From Marsupella aquatica (lineage: Eukaryota; Plantae; Marchantiophyta): a DNA stretch of 64,000 nt. This document shows, piece after piece, positions 50,767 to 63,541 of the stretch. The translations under genes and the position numbers were made by a program. The notes under the pieces are model-generated. The model worked only from the letters and a program-made list of their open reading frames with translations. It searched no databases and was not told the DNA's origin. The DNA is taken from contig OZ316898.1 in assembly GCA_973895155.1 (NCBI GenBank), positions 21,354,122-21,418,121 of the forward strand, written 5' to 3'. How positions within the stretch are numbered: position 1 is the first letter of the stretch; each line of letters starts with the position of its first letter.

Positions 50767-53424
50767 GGTGCATTTGGCAAAATTTACCAAAAGCACAATG
50801 ACAGGCAGGGTACGGTCTCGCCCATTTCATGATTGCAAGGTGAATTGCTGTGGATGGATGCAAAAGTGTGACCTCATTGATTGCATATTCAGTACCACTT
50901 GGGATGTGTGGTATTCCCATGATAAGCTGGAACTGTTGTCTTCTCTTGTGTGTATGGGGAAATTAATTGGATTTGTCATCAATTCATGGTGTAGGTGGTG
51001 AATTTTGTGGGTGCAACACTAAAAACTCGCGCTTTGGGTATAATGTGGTCCACAAATATCCCCTGTAGATGGTGAGCAGCTCAAAGTCTGGTGCTCTTAT
51101 TACTGTTATAGTTCATTTGCAGATTTTACACATCCTCGTACACAAAATTGAAGCGTAACTAAGCTGAACTTTTGTATAGATGATTGTAGGTGATGCAACA
51201 TATGGTCATTTAAGATGTAGCTGAATATGGTTGCTACCTTGACATTGCCCTTGCTTGTAGTGATCGGATGAGGATACATGAGTACAATTAAAACCTACCT
51301 CTGACAGGTGCACGGGAGCTGAACGTTGGATCCCTTGGGGAGTAGAAACCAGCAGCAAGTTTATCACCAGGACTCTTCACGCTGAGCACATGATGTGATG
51401 TTGCTCAGAGAAGTCTTCGTTCAACATTGAAGAACTATTTCCTTACATGAATAGAAACTTTTGTGGAGTGGATGACGTTTTTGGCTTGAGCAAGAATTCA
51501 CCATTTTGAATTCAACTGAACTTTTTTTCCCCTCTTCAAAAAGTGAATTAACATTGTGGCGGATGTTGATTGATATAGAATGTTGATTTCTGTTCAGCCT
51601 GCTACTGTAAGGAGGTTGAATGGGCAACCTTCTAGTAGGGGTGAAGGTTTGTTTGGGAACAAACAGGCACAGCAGGGTAGTATGGTTGCCTAATCTATCT
51701 TGTTGTGGGCATTGTATTGCACCTCGCGCTAACCCTTGGTACACTCTTAATCTTAATAGGTGTTCATCTGTAAAGGAACAAGGCCAAGTATTCTGATAAA
51801 CCCACACAACACTGTTTAAAGAAAAAGAACAAGGCTGAGTATTTTGAGAAAACCACACACTCTTGACACTGTTTACATGATAAACGGCCATTGTCAATAA
51901 GAGATACAAAAGTTGAGGTCATGTAATGCGGTATTATGGTTCATATTAGGAAATTGGGCCATATACGTGGATATCATGCACAAGCCAGGGTAATCTAATA
52001 ATCGAGTAATGTACGACTAAGGTTAATGTTAGGAATACGTCCGAACCTCGGGGTAATCCAATCACGAAGCAATATACTAGAAAGGTTAATCTTAGGATAT
52101 TGTGCCATACACACGGATACAAAAGTTGGGGTAATCTTATCCATCAATAAATGTACATTAATTAATGTTCAAGATTTGTGCCATACACATGGATACAAAA
52201 GCTGGGGTAATCCTATAATTAATTAAAGTTCGAATGAATGTATTCAGGAATGTACTAAGCCGGGCTGTAAAAATGTGGGGTTTTACATACATGGACACAA
52301 GACTATAATCGCGATGACATGATGTAATCATGCAGGTTAGGTAAAGTAGGAAGTCTGCTTGTTACAAAGTCTTCCTAAAGTCTTCGGCCACAAATGAGTT
52401 TTTGGCCACGAATGAGGTGTTGTACAACACATTTGTTATGTTGTACAACCATCTATTTGAGTAGTGTTTTTTATCTAGATGCCAATGTCCAGTGCAAGGG
52501 AAAATTGGCAGGTCATGTGGGACCGGGGAAAATTAAATTTTGATTTATGTGAAGTGTGCCTCACATGTCCCTTCTAGGTTCTGAAAATCTAGGGTTGACG
52601 GTAAAAATAAAAATGTATAATGTGAGTATGAAATAGATACGGAGGTGTTGAGGAGTAAAACTAAATGACACCAGAATGGGGTAGGGGGAGTTTAGGGTCC
52701 ATTTATATTGAATGTAATGAGAGAATTGTTTACTAGAATAAATGGTACCCCATATTTTAATAATGTGTCTATTGGTCGATACCCAGGAAAGAAAATACCG
52801 TCCTATCTTCTTTGCACTTCAACCGACGCACAATGCTTGCCTTTCTGGGGAACAAGGTAGCCAAAATAAATTCACCGAAGAGAATAGATACGTTCAAAAC
52901 TCCTGACTTTAATTTACAAATACTACAAAAAAATATTTGACTCTTACCTGAAGTTTTCCTATCGTCTAAAATCTTAAAGTTTCCCTTTCTTGAAGCTCAA
53001 ATTGTTTTTCCTTCCCTGCCCTCCCTCAAGTTTTTTTCCCTAGCGCTTGAAGTTGGAGTTTTTTTTCCTTCCCCCCTGAAGGTGAAGTTTTTTTTTCTTC
53101 CTGGAAAAAGCTGAATTTTTTTCGCTTGCTTTGGTTTTTGCTATTTTTCTTCTCTCCCACTTTCACATTATGTAGGTTTACATCATGTGTGAAAAAAACT
53201 AGGATACAACGTATGGATTTGATGAAAAAAATTGCCCCTGGCTTAGGGAACTAAGACAGAGCAAGTAAATTTAGGCATGTACTTCAGCCAGTATTTGTCC
53301 ATGCAATACCCAAAATGTTGGTGTAGTGAGGTTTAGGGTCTTTTCAGTACGTTCGGAGTCCTTCTGCCGACGCGGGGCGCCTTCATGGGGTTCCCTGTCC
53401 GCTTTGTTGCTTGCTATGACTAAT

Positions 53425-53815
53425 AAAAGTACCCTCATTAATAAGAGTACCCTCATGCACAAGACCCAACACAAGGGTACCCTTAGGAGATAAGAGTACC
53501 CTCACTGACAAGGGTACCCTCATTATCAAAGTACCATTGTTGATAAGCGTACCCATTGATAAGAGTACTCTTGTTGATATAAGAGTACCCTCATTGATAA
53601 GAGTACCCTCATACGCAAGGGTACCCTCAGGAGACAAGAGTATCCTCATTGATAAGCGTACCCATTGATAAGAGTACCCTCGCTGATAAGAGTACCCTCA
53701 TTGATCTAATTAAGTACCATCGTTGATAAATGTACCACATTGATAAGAGTGCCCTCACTGACAAGAGTACCCTCATGCACAAGGGTACCCTCAGGAGATA
53801 AGAGTACCCTCATTC
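53425..53815. repeat. Degenerate tandem array of about 18-bp units
   Basis: GATAAGAGTACCCTCATT and variants, roughly 20 copies. Confidence 0.9.
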
Positions 53816-54916
53816 ACACGGGGAACAATGAAAATAGAAATAATTGTAACCATGTCCAAAATATGAGATCTTTGATAGCCATTCAAAAATAGTGTCCTTC
53901 AAAACCTTGAGGACTTTAGTTTAAGAACTTTTCTAACAAAAAATTCAAGAATGTTTTCATAACAAAGAATCCAATAAAGTGTAAACTTCAATTTTATGGT
54001 GTCCATTTTTTTTAGATCTTTCCACACTGTAGTAAACAAATCCACTAATTTTTTTTCTTCTAATTTCAATTCAGTAAAAATTACAATTCCGGTCAAATAG
54101 TACACGAACCATTTCAGATCTGAGTACCGAAATGCCGTAAGTTGTAGTTTTTATCATTAGATTTATGAATAATTCAACATGTAGGTGGGAAGAAAGGGGG
54201 AATTTTGATGTTGAGGTACTCACCTTCATAAATCTACTATTGATTTGTCCCAAGGAGTGTACAGTTCTTTCCTTGGTCTCGCCTCAATATTTGTACAATG
54301 TTGACATGAATGACACTGCACAGAACACTAAAAGGATTTAGTGTCTTGAGGATGACCAAAAACAATGACAAGAAACCTAAAACTAAAACTCATTTCTCCA
54401 AGTGCATGTAGAGCTTCATATCATTGGTAACAATAGTGCTTGAAGCCAACTTACTTTTCAATGAACTCTAAGGCAATATCTTGTGAAAGAGGGCCGATAG
54501 CTTCCCAACTACTAAAGGAAGTAGATTTTGCACCCACAAAGTCATCCCAATGTCAACCAGATCCCCTTGTGCAATCTGAGAAATGTGGAGTATTCAATAA
54601 AAAGTTCAAAGCAAAATGCAATAAAACCATCATAAACTCAATATAATGAAATGATGTGATGTGTTCTGCAAACCCTTCTATTTTTAAATATCTACTAATT
54701 AAAAGGAAAGGATAATACACCAGAATTGACTTCAAAACTGTCAATCATGTTCTCCAAACAATAAGAATGATAGGGAGGGAAAATGTCAACCTGGCCATAC
54801 ACCCAAGTTAGGGTGTGAAGCTTAATTTTCAAGAGTTTATGAAATAATAATAAGTTTATGATAGATTTTATTAATTTTCAAAATGATTGTTGAGTCTGAA
54901 GAGATCCTGGAAAGCT

Positions 54917-56703
54917 AAGGGATTATGGCGCTGCAGCAGGAGCTTGCGTCCCTGACGGCCAGCTTCAAGGCCGACCTAAGGGAGAAGGACGAGATGCTCG
55001 AACAGACGTACGCCAAGATGAACCAGATGGAGTCTGTCATCATTGCAGAGCTCGACAAGGAGCTAAGAGCAACCCGGAAGGAGAGGACTACCTTGAAACA
55101 AGAACGGGAGGAAGCCCAAAAGGAACTAGAGGAGGCACGCAAGGACCTGGATGAGACCCAGGAGGAGTTGGAGGAAATCACGAGGAAGATGGAGAACCTC
55201 CAGCGGCGGGCCGACAACCAAACGGAGCGGCTGAAGAAACAAGCCGCAGTATTTAAGTGCTTGTCTTCATCAGGCCCAACTCCAATTGGGGCAACCAAGT
55301 TACCAGGAGTGGTACTGGCCGAAGAAAAAGCCGCGCCAACTGCACCAGTGCCGGAAGTAAGTGGGAAGGGGAAGGGACCAGCTGCCGAACCAGAAAAGAA
55401 GAAAAAGCGGAAACCTTCAGGGTCAAGGAGTAATCCGACGCCACAAGCCGTGGTGACCAAAGAGGTAGAACCAGCACCATCCTCCGGCATGAATACGGCA
55501 ATGGATCCCGCTATCATCACAGGTGGGGGTGGTGCGGCCCAAGCCAAACTACTCAGTAATGAGGCCGGTATTCCAGATCCGCCTCTTGAGCAGGCCGGGG
55601 AGACCGTAGCCGAGGCTGAGGCCGTAACCAATTCCCGAGCCGATGCCGACGCCGATGGTGGACCCAGTCAGGCCGATGGAGAGTTGACTCAGTCAAGGGC
55701 AGGTAATCTGTCAGGGAATGAGCCTACGGCAGTGGCTGAGGAGGAAGCGTTGGGGGCGTCCATTAAGGATCCACCACCGGTGTCATGACGGTGCAAGGGC
55801 GCCGTTCCTTTTAGGGAGGGCGGACGTGGAGGGAGGAGGCGTGAGTGGGCAGGGCGGGCGCGGATCTCCAAGTTTAGGATTAGGATCAGGACCAGGAGCG
55901 GCCCTGACACTTAGCTTAGTGGGATTGCGGTCCCACTGGTAGGAGCAACACTTGTGCTCCTGCCTTGCTGTACATAGGTAGATTCGGGCAAGTAGATTAC
56001 TGTTAGGTAGATTAGGCTTACGATGCAAAGAATGGCGGATCCACTACCAGGATAAGTACCTGGGCAGCGGGGAGCTCAGGGCCTCTTCTTTAGCAAGTTT
56101 TTAGTTTGCACCAGCCGGGCTGGGATCAAGTAGTACGAGAAGCTCTCGGTTAGTCATACAGTGACCCTTGTGTATATTCATGTTTCCTCATGCCTAAGAG
56201 CTGAATAGAGTTGGCCTCACGGCTTAGTTCGCAGAGCTTGTGTATGAGATGTACTGTTTGTATGGCAAGTGCATGGTATGACTCAGTCAGAATGAGTCAT
56301 TTTGCTATTTGTGTGTCGCATTAACTTGTGTGAAGAGTGCCCACATCAACCAAAAGGAAGGAAAGTAAGCAGGGGAGTGAGAGTTGGATGTGTCGAGCTG
56401 AGAGAGGTCTTAGCGGCTTAACCAAGCCTATTGGGGATCATTCCGGCGGCGGAATCCAAACATACCTAACAAGACGGAGGGGAAGACAGGGGAAGGCCTA
56501 GATTAGGCCGGCTACGTATCTCATGACCCGATGAAGGATCTGTCCAGTATATGTGTGTAAAATGTTAATAGTAGTAGTAGTAGAAGGTTAGCAGCGTCCC
56601 ATGCCGCTAAGCCGCGGAAATGGCCTCGCCAAGCGCGAAACCCGCGGGAATCGGCTTGAGCTGGGGGGTTTCTTGGGTTTAGGGAGCCATGGGACGCACC
56701 ACA
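54917..56703 (+). mobile_element. Family A copy 4, 5'-truncated (LTR 55842-56703), abutting a gypsy integrase
   Basis: Matches about 2451-4233; one extra AGT unit in the LTR. Confidence 0.92.
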
Positions 56704-58824
56704 CGCTGATCCCCTTGTCAGGTCTGTTCCGGATAACCGGAACAATGCCTTCCAGAAATGACCTGTGAACTTGGTATCGCGGTCGGACAGGATATGCAAC
56801 GGCAATCCCCATAGTCGGAAGACATTGTCAAATACTAGACAGGCAACTTCCTTGGCTGACACCATTTTCGTAGTCGGCAAGAAATACGCCATCTTGGAAA
56901 AACAATCCACAATTGTTAAGATGGAGTTACTGCCGTGGGACTCAGGTAACCCAACAATGAAGTCCATGGAGATTGACTCCCATGGAGCCGCAGCGACTGG
57001 TAAGGGTTGCAGAAGTCCTCCTTTTGCCCTATAAACCGTTCGGTTTTCTGGCATGAGTAACAACTTTGCACGTGGTGAAGAACCGATTGCTTCATGTCCG
57101 GCCAATACACATCTCTAGACATGCTACGATACGTAGCAGCTTGTCCGCCATGCCCTCCCCAGGGCGAGTCGTGGTACTTTTGCAGAACCTCTAACCTTAG
57201 AGACTCTGGGATGTACACACGCCTTTGTTTGTACCGCCATAACTGGACATTATGCGTATCCAACCCCAAAGATACGTGCCTCACCCTGCCTTGGCTACCC
57301 CCATTGCTTTGCCATTCCTTGGCTAACCTGTCATCCTCATACGCTTGGGCCAAAACCTTAGGCCACTCGGATTCAATCATTATGATCCCATTGACCCGAT
57401 GATGGTCCTTACGCGATAACGCGTCAGCTGCCGTATTTGTCTTCCCTCGAACGTGGCGGACTTCAAAGTCGAAATCCGCCAAGAACATCTGCCAGCGCAT
57501 TTCCTTGGGGTTCAGTCTTGGCTTAGAACTGAAGGTGGAAAGCAAGATTGAGGGGTACCAAAAAGTGCAAAAAGGACTTGGATTTGCTCTCATAGTCCTC
57601 ATTAAAAAAGGAGGTTAGCAAGGAGTAAATTAAAGATTGACACACTTCCTCAAAGGTTGGACACACTTCCTCAAAGTTGGACACACTTCCTAAAAGTTTG
57701 GTACACTTCCTCAAAGATGGGGCACACTTCCAAAGATCTAGGTTAAATGATAGCCTTTGATGTGCCAAAATAAGATCACAACCCTTGAGTGTAACACCCC
57801 CCAATTTATTGCAAAATTCACTAGGACTCACTCCTTTTGGTGGAGACTTTGGAGATCCTTTTTATGTACCCCTCAATCATGCTTTCCACCTGAAGTACCC
57901 CGCCGGCGAGCTATCTGTGTGGATTATCACCTTGGGACCGTTCTTAAGGTAAATTTCCCACTTCTTCAACGCATAGATCACCGCATACATTTCCCTTTCC
58001 GGCGTGATCCAATGATTTTCCAACTTACATGACTCGAAGGCCACCGGGCGCCCATCTTGGTGAAGACAGGCGCCAATGGCGTAATCACTTGTGTCTGTCC
58101 AAATCTCGAACGGTTTCCCCATCTCAAGTAACTTTAGAACTGGCGGCGTTATCATTAGCCGCTTAAGTTCTAGGAATGCTAACTCGCAATCCTGTGTCCA
58201 CACAAACACTTTGTTTTTCAACGTTAGCGCATTTAGGGGCCTTGCGATCTCGCATAGTCTTTCATGTATCTCCGATAGAACCCCGTAAAACCCAAGAAGG
58301 CCCTAACCTGCCTTACATTGGACGGGCGTTCCCATTCTTTGATGTCCTTAAGCTTGTCTTGACTAGGTGTAATCCCCTCCGGGGTAAAGGTATGGCCGAG
58401 GAACTGAATCTCATTCATCGCAAACTCGCACTTGCTAGGTTTAGCAAAGAGACGAGCCTTACAAAGGCGAGAGAACACTTCTCTGAGCAACTGCTCGTGT
58501 TCCTCCAATGTTGTCGAGTAGATTAGGATGTCGTCTATAAAGACGACCACTCCTTGGTCTAACAAGTCATGAAAGATGGTATTCATCATCTTCATGAACG
58601 TTGCGATTGCATTACACAACCCGAACGGCATAACCAAAAATTTGTAGGATCCGAACCTTGTGCGCATTGCGGTCTTATACTTGGATCCCTTAGCCATGCG
58701 GATCTAGTAATAACCAGACCGCAAGTCTACCTTTGAAAACTTCTTAGCCCCGAAGAGGCAATCGAAGAGATCATCCATATGAGGTAACGGGTACTTGTTC
58801 TTTACCGTTTGCTTATTGAGGGCC
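56704..58824 (-). mobile_element. Ty3/gypsy (chromovirus-type) pol fragment, RT-RNase H-integrase, disrupted
   Basis: [66 protein letters not shown]...CYSCQ, WESISMDFIVGLP, ILSDRDTKFTGHFW. Confidence 0.92.
57534..57890. mobile_element. 357-bp MITE with 4-bp TSD
   Basis: TIR GGTGGAAAGCA(A/T)GATTGAGGGGTAC; TGAA duplicated at 57530-57533 and 57891-57894; internal 20-bp repeats of ACACACTTCCTCAAAG. Confidence 0.9.
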
Positions 58825-61430
58825 GGTGGAAAGCATGATTGAGGGGTACATAAAAAGGATCTCCAAAGTCTCCACCAAAAGGAGTGAGTCCTAGTGAATT
58901 TTGCAATAAATTGGGGGGTGTTACACTCAAGGGCCAAGATGTAGAAGGGTCAAATCTAAGGCTGGATTTGAATATGAATGAAAGATGCATTAAGTATTCA
59001 TTTGGACTGGTTGAAGTACAGTCTATGTGCCTAATTCCTATCTTGGACTTTAGCAAGGACGACGTTTAAATGTTCTCCTTGGATCCCGTGTCATTTAATG
59101 GAGCAAGTTGCGGCTCGTAGTGTGTTTGAATACAAGGACTCAAAGTCGATGCTTTTGAAAATAAGGACTGAAGTGGGCAAGGACTCATAGTCGATGTTTG
59201 AAATTGATCGAGCGCGCGCGGATTTTGTTACTTAGATTAGAAGCACAAGTTCTAGTCAGAATGGTCGTGGGACGGGCACGCACCAACAGTGAAGGGCTCC
59301 TATCTTGCGGATGGCTATGGTGGTCTCGGATTACTCATCAAAGGATCTCTCATCTTGGATCTCGATCTTGGATCTCTCATCTCTCATCTCGGATCTCGGA
59401 TCTCTCATCTCGGATTTACAGCAATGCATCTTGGAGATTGAGGAGCACTGTGATTGCAGCGTTGGTGGACCTCGGGCGATTGTTGAGCTTTGCCATGGTG
59501 CTCGCAGGATCAAATGGGTACGCAAGTTTAGAAGTATTAGCCTAGTATCAAGTAGAATCTGAATGCTCCTGATGCTCCGCAGCCCACTTTCAATACCTCC
59601 CAAGTTCTGTCTAGTACTTGATGCGATGCCTCACATTGGATGGCTACTCAACCTGAAGTCCACGATGCCCTAGCAAGAGAGAGATCAGAAAGGCGAAACC
59701 TTAGCAGACGCAAGTCCTATTGTAATAGGCAGCAACGGAACACCCATGGACAATCGATTGCACATGGTGGTAATAGTAACGATGTGGCTGGACAGGGATT
59801 GTTGGAAGATGCGCGAAACAAATGCCTGCAAATGATTTCATCTGCTGAGAATGAAGCGAGTAGAATTCATGCGGAGGCTTCCCAAGAGGCTACCGACATC
59901 ATAGTGAATGCAAGTACACAAGCTACTAGCATCCTAGAGTCTGCACATTTACAATGTGACAATTTGATACAAAGAAGACACATTCTCCGCAATCGCATAG
60001 GGCGTCAAGAAGCACGTCTTTGGTCCATACATCATGGGCAACTTCTTCGTGAGAGCATGCATGGCCAATCTTCAGAGCTGCACCGGGAGAGTTCAGCTTC
60101 GAGGCAAGCAAACTGTCAATCCTCTGCTTCAACAGAATTTAGAGCACGAGATGCTCAAAGGAAGCGAGCAGCATACTGGGAGAAGAAGGGTAATACACGC
60201 ACAGACGCCTGACAATGTGAGTCTGCTGGTGATTTAGAAGACAAATTGAATTCCAATAGGGGAAGACGAAGTGTTCAGTCTCAGGTGTCTATGGCGGTGA
60301 CATCCATCTTGAGTAGATTGGACAAATTTAATTTGTCTGCAAGGAAGCTATTTTTCACTAAATTTATGCTCCATCCTTCCTTGATGAAGTACCTCCCTGC
60401 AGTTTTTGGCACTCGTCGGAGAGATGTAGCGATACTTGCTGCAGTTGCTGACCTAAAGAATTGCTTGCAAAAAGTGAAGACTGCAAAGCGGAAAGACCAT
60501 CTAGGTGCAAAGCAGATCTTGACAGTTGCATTGGCAGGCCAGGCGACAGTAGTGAATAGGTATCAGACTTTGGTGGCTGGGGCTTTGGGTATCAAATGGC
60601 AAATCATATATAAAGCTTCAAGAAGGAGGAAGACCATAAATTCTGATTGTTCGATCAGGTTTCCAATGGGGGAAAGGAAAGTGAGAAGCGACAAAATTTC
60701 AGCTGAAGTCCGAACAATTGTGGAAAAGTTTTGGGAATCAAATACTTGAATCTCTCCTTGCGCCAAGGACAAGGCTAGACTAAGATTGAGTATAAATGTT
60801 TACGAGGAGCACCGGGTGCATTGGCTAGAGGATACCCAGGTTAGATTTTGTTAATTTATCATTATGAACATTTGACATTCAAATAGGGCTTACAATAGGG
60901 TACAGTCCGAGCTTTCATGTTCATCAGTAAGCGATTTGAACTCTACTGCATCTTTGTTTACAATGATTGAATATGTTTTGAAGCAAGGCTTGCATCTTTT
61001 TCAGGTGGAGTTTTTTCTGAAATTCCAGGAGTTTTGCAGCAGAGACGAGAATGGAGTTCATATAGGCTTCAGGTCTTTTCAGTATATGAAGCCTTACTAC
61101 ATTCGTCCTATGAAAGACAGAAACGTTTGTTGCTGTAAGCAGCATGTTGAAATGGACCTCTTGAAGGAGGCAGTCAACAAATTCAGGAAGCATCAACACA
61201 GTAAGCATTGCTCTTGTGACTGCACCATTTGCACATCAGTTGATGCTCCTTTGCAGAGTTGTGTAGCTTCTAGAACAACAATAACATCTGTACGGGGTTG
61301 GATAGAGGGAGCTCTTTGTTCGAGAGCTGAGGGAAAGCAGTGGCATGGAAAGAAATGTATCATGGGTTCCTGTGAGAATTGTGGTGTCAACAAGTTGGAT
61401 TGGTGTACATCTGAGTTAAATCCAGTTGAC
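58825..61430 (+). mobile_element. Left part of the cognate DNA transposon (Sola2-like, tentative) with transposase N-terminal exons
   Basis: First about 110 bp equal the inverted right end of the MITE; ORFs 59640-60839 and 61005-61430 joined by GT-AG intron 60840-61004; RKVRSDKIS, IGFRSF..MKPYYIRP..DRNVCCCKQH, CIMGSCENCG; catalytic region not seen. Confidence 0.65.
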
Positions 61431-61627
61431 TGTTGTAAACCCTAGTTTACCCCTTAACCATAGGGCGAGAACCCTTAACCATAGTATGAGAACTCCTAAC
61501 CATAGGACCAGTATAAGGGCATTTGCCTACCATGTAACCAAGGGGATATATATATCCCCTCATCAATAGTAATGGATCTATCTTGTTGGAGTATCTTTGA
61601 GTGTTCCTTTAGTTGTCTATTACAACA
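61431..61627 (+). repeat. Copia 5' LTR (197 bp)
   Basis: TGTTGTAA...TTACAACA inverted termini, internal TATA-like run, PBS directly after. Confidence 0.85.
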
Positions 61628-61867
61628 CGTTATCAGCACGAGCCAGTCTCTAAAATCATTTTTTTTTTCAAGCAGATGCAATCGAGTTTTACACGAGGAG
61701 AATGCTCGTAAAGTGGCATTTTTTTTTAGAAACTGCCATAACCGTTTTTTACCCCTGCCTATAACGTAATACAGGAAATCACCAACGATATTCCTGATCC
61801 GCTCACTATAAACGAGGCAAAGAAACAACCAGATTGGCCAAAGTGGCAAGCAGCAATACATACCGAG

Positions 61868-63541
61868 ATGGACGCCCTCATCAAGCGACAAGTATTCGGA
61901 CCATTTAAAATGGCATTACCAGGTACACATTACACCGACTCTCGATTTACATTCTTGAAAAAACGAAATGAGAAAGGCATAGTAGTAAGATATCGAGCCC
62001 GGCTAGTAGCCAAAGGCTACACACAAATCCCGGGCAGGGACTACGATTTAACATACTCACCAGTAATGGACGCTACTACATATCGCTATCTCACAGCACA
62101 TTCAGTCCACCATAAACTGGTTAATAACCTTATGGACGTGGTAACCGCGTACCTTTACGGCACACTCGATACTGAGATATACATGACTGCCCCCCCGGAA
62201 CTGATAGAGAGGGTCAAGCAGCACATTCAGGGGGAGACGTCCCAGAACCTGAATACAGAGATTAAAAAGGGCATCAGCCAAATAATACCTGATGGGGATA
62301 CAAAGGCCCTCTTGATGCAAAGTGGAAATACACAGGCAATGCATACCAGAGGAAAGAAATTAACAACAAAACTTACAGTCCAAGTGTTACGTTCCATCAA
62401 CGGACTTAAACAGAGCGGCAGAATCTGGTATCAGAAATTCCAGACAGAGATGCTCGCCCTCGGATTTACAAATAGCGGACTGGCCCCCTGCATCTTCATC
62501 AAAAAGCATATGGACGAAGTCCTGATACTAGCACTGTACGTGGACGATGTGAACTTATTCGGGACTAAACAGATGATGAAAGACACAATACATACACTGA
62601 AAGGAGTCTTCGAGATGAAGGACCTTGGAAGACCCAACCACTGCCTAGGCCTGCAGATCGAACACTTAGAAACAGGCATATTCCTTTACCAATCGACATA
62701 CACGCAGAAGATACTTCATCAATTCAACATGCAGAAATCCTACCCTGTCTCCACCCCGATGGAACTCAGATCTCTAGACCCGATCAAAGATATGTTTCGG
62801 AAGCGCCAAGAAGACGAACCCATACTGGGATCAGAAAAACCGTACCTATCAGCGGTGGGCGCCCTTATGTATCTAGCGAACCAGACGAGACCTGACATAT
62901 CGTTCGCCGTCAGTCTCTTAGCGAGACACAGCGCACAGCCCACCATCAGGCATTGGAACGGCATCAAGAGGATCATGAGATACCTACAAGGGACGATCGA
63001 CCTTGGACTATTCTTTCCTAAGAATAGCCCCGATACGCTTACCGGTTACACTGATGCCGGCTACCTGTCGGACCCCCAGGACTCCAAATCACAGACTGGG
63101 TACGTGTTCTTACAGGGGACGACAGCAATATCTTGGCGAAGTTCAAAGCAAACGATGACCACAACGTCATCCAACCACTCGGAAATCATAGCGTTATACG
63201 AGGCGTGCAGAGAAGCTGTATGGCTACGAAGCATTATCAATCATATTAGGTCCAGCACCGGTAAACCACAGATAACAGAGCCAACCACAATCTACGAAGA
63301 CAATAAGGCGTGTATCGACCAGATAACCAACGGAATCCTGAAGACCGAGAGGACCAAGCATATTGACCCCAAGTATTTCTTCACGCAAGAACAACAAGGG
63401 AAAAGTATCAATGTTGCATGGATCAAATCTCAGGACAATCGAGCAGACATGTTTACGAAACCACTACCAGCCGGATTGCACAGAGCGCACCTCGAAGGTA
63501 TAGGCATGAGCAGATTGTCCACGATCAAGCCCACCTCATAA
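61868..63541 (+). CDS. Copia reverse transcriptase and RNase H
   Basis: YRARLVAKGYTQ, MDVVTAYLYG, GLKQSGRIWY, LYVDD, TRPDISFAV, GYTDAGY, TSSNHSEIIA, RTKHIDPK; frame extends upstream to DPLTINEAK. Confidence 0.93.
   Translation: MDALIKRQVFGPFKMALPGTHYTDSRFTFLKKRNEKGIVVRYRARLVAKGYTQIPGRDYDLTYSPVMDATTYRYLTAHSVHHKLVNNLMDVVTAYLYGTLDTEIYMTAPPELIERVKQHIQGETSQNLNTEIKKGISQIIPDGDTKALLMQSGNTQAMHTRGKKLTTKLTVQVLRSINGLKQSGRIWYQKFQTEMLALGFTNSGLAPCIFIKKHMDEVLILALYVDDVNLFGTKQMMKDTIHTLKGVFEMKDLGRPNHCLGLQIEHLETGIFLYQSTYTQKILHQFNMQKSYPVSTPMELRSLDPIKDMFRKRQEDEPILGSEKPYLSAVGALMYLANQTRPDISFAVSLLARHSAQPTIRHWNGIKRIMRYLQGTIDLGLFFPKNSPDTLTGYTDAGYLSDPQDSKSQTGYVFLQGTTAISWRSSKQTMTTTSSNHSEIIALYEACREAVWLRSIINHIRSSTGKPQITEPTTIYEDNKACIDQITNGILKTERTKHIDPKYFFTQEQQGKSINVAWIKSQDNRADMFTKPLPAGLHRAHLEGIGMSRLSTIKPTS

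Noticed and set aside
51180-51560. Decayed 2-oxoglutarate dioxygenase-like fragment on the minus strand
   Set aside because: Only vague resemblance, with motifs in inconsistent order and many stops
56521-57105. Integrase ORF with a novel C-terminal tail
   Set aside because: Chance read-through from the interrupted integrase into the antisense family A LTR at 56703
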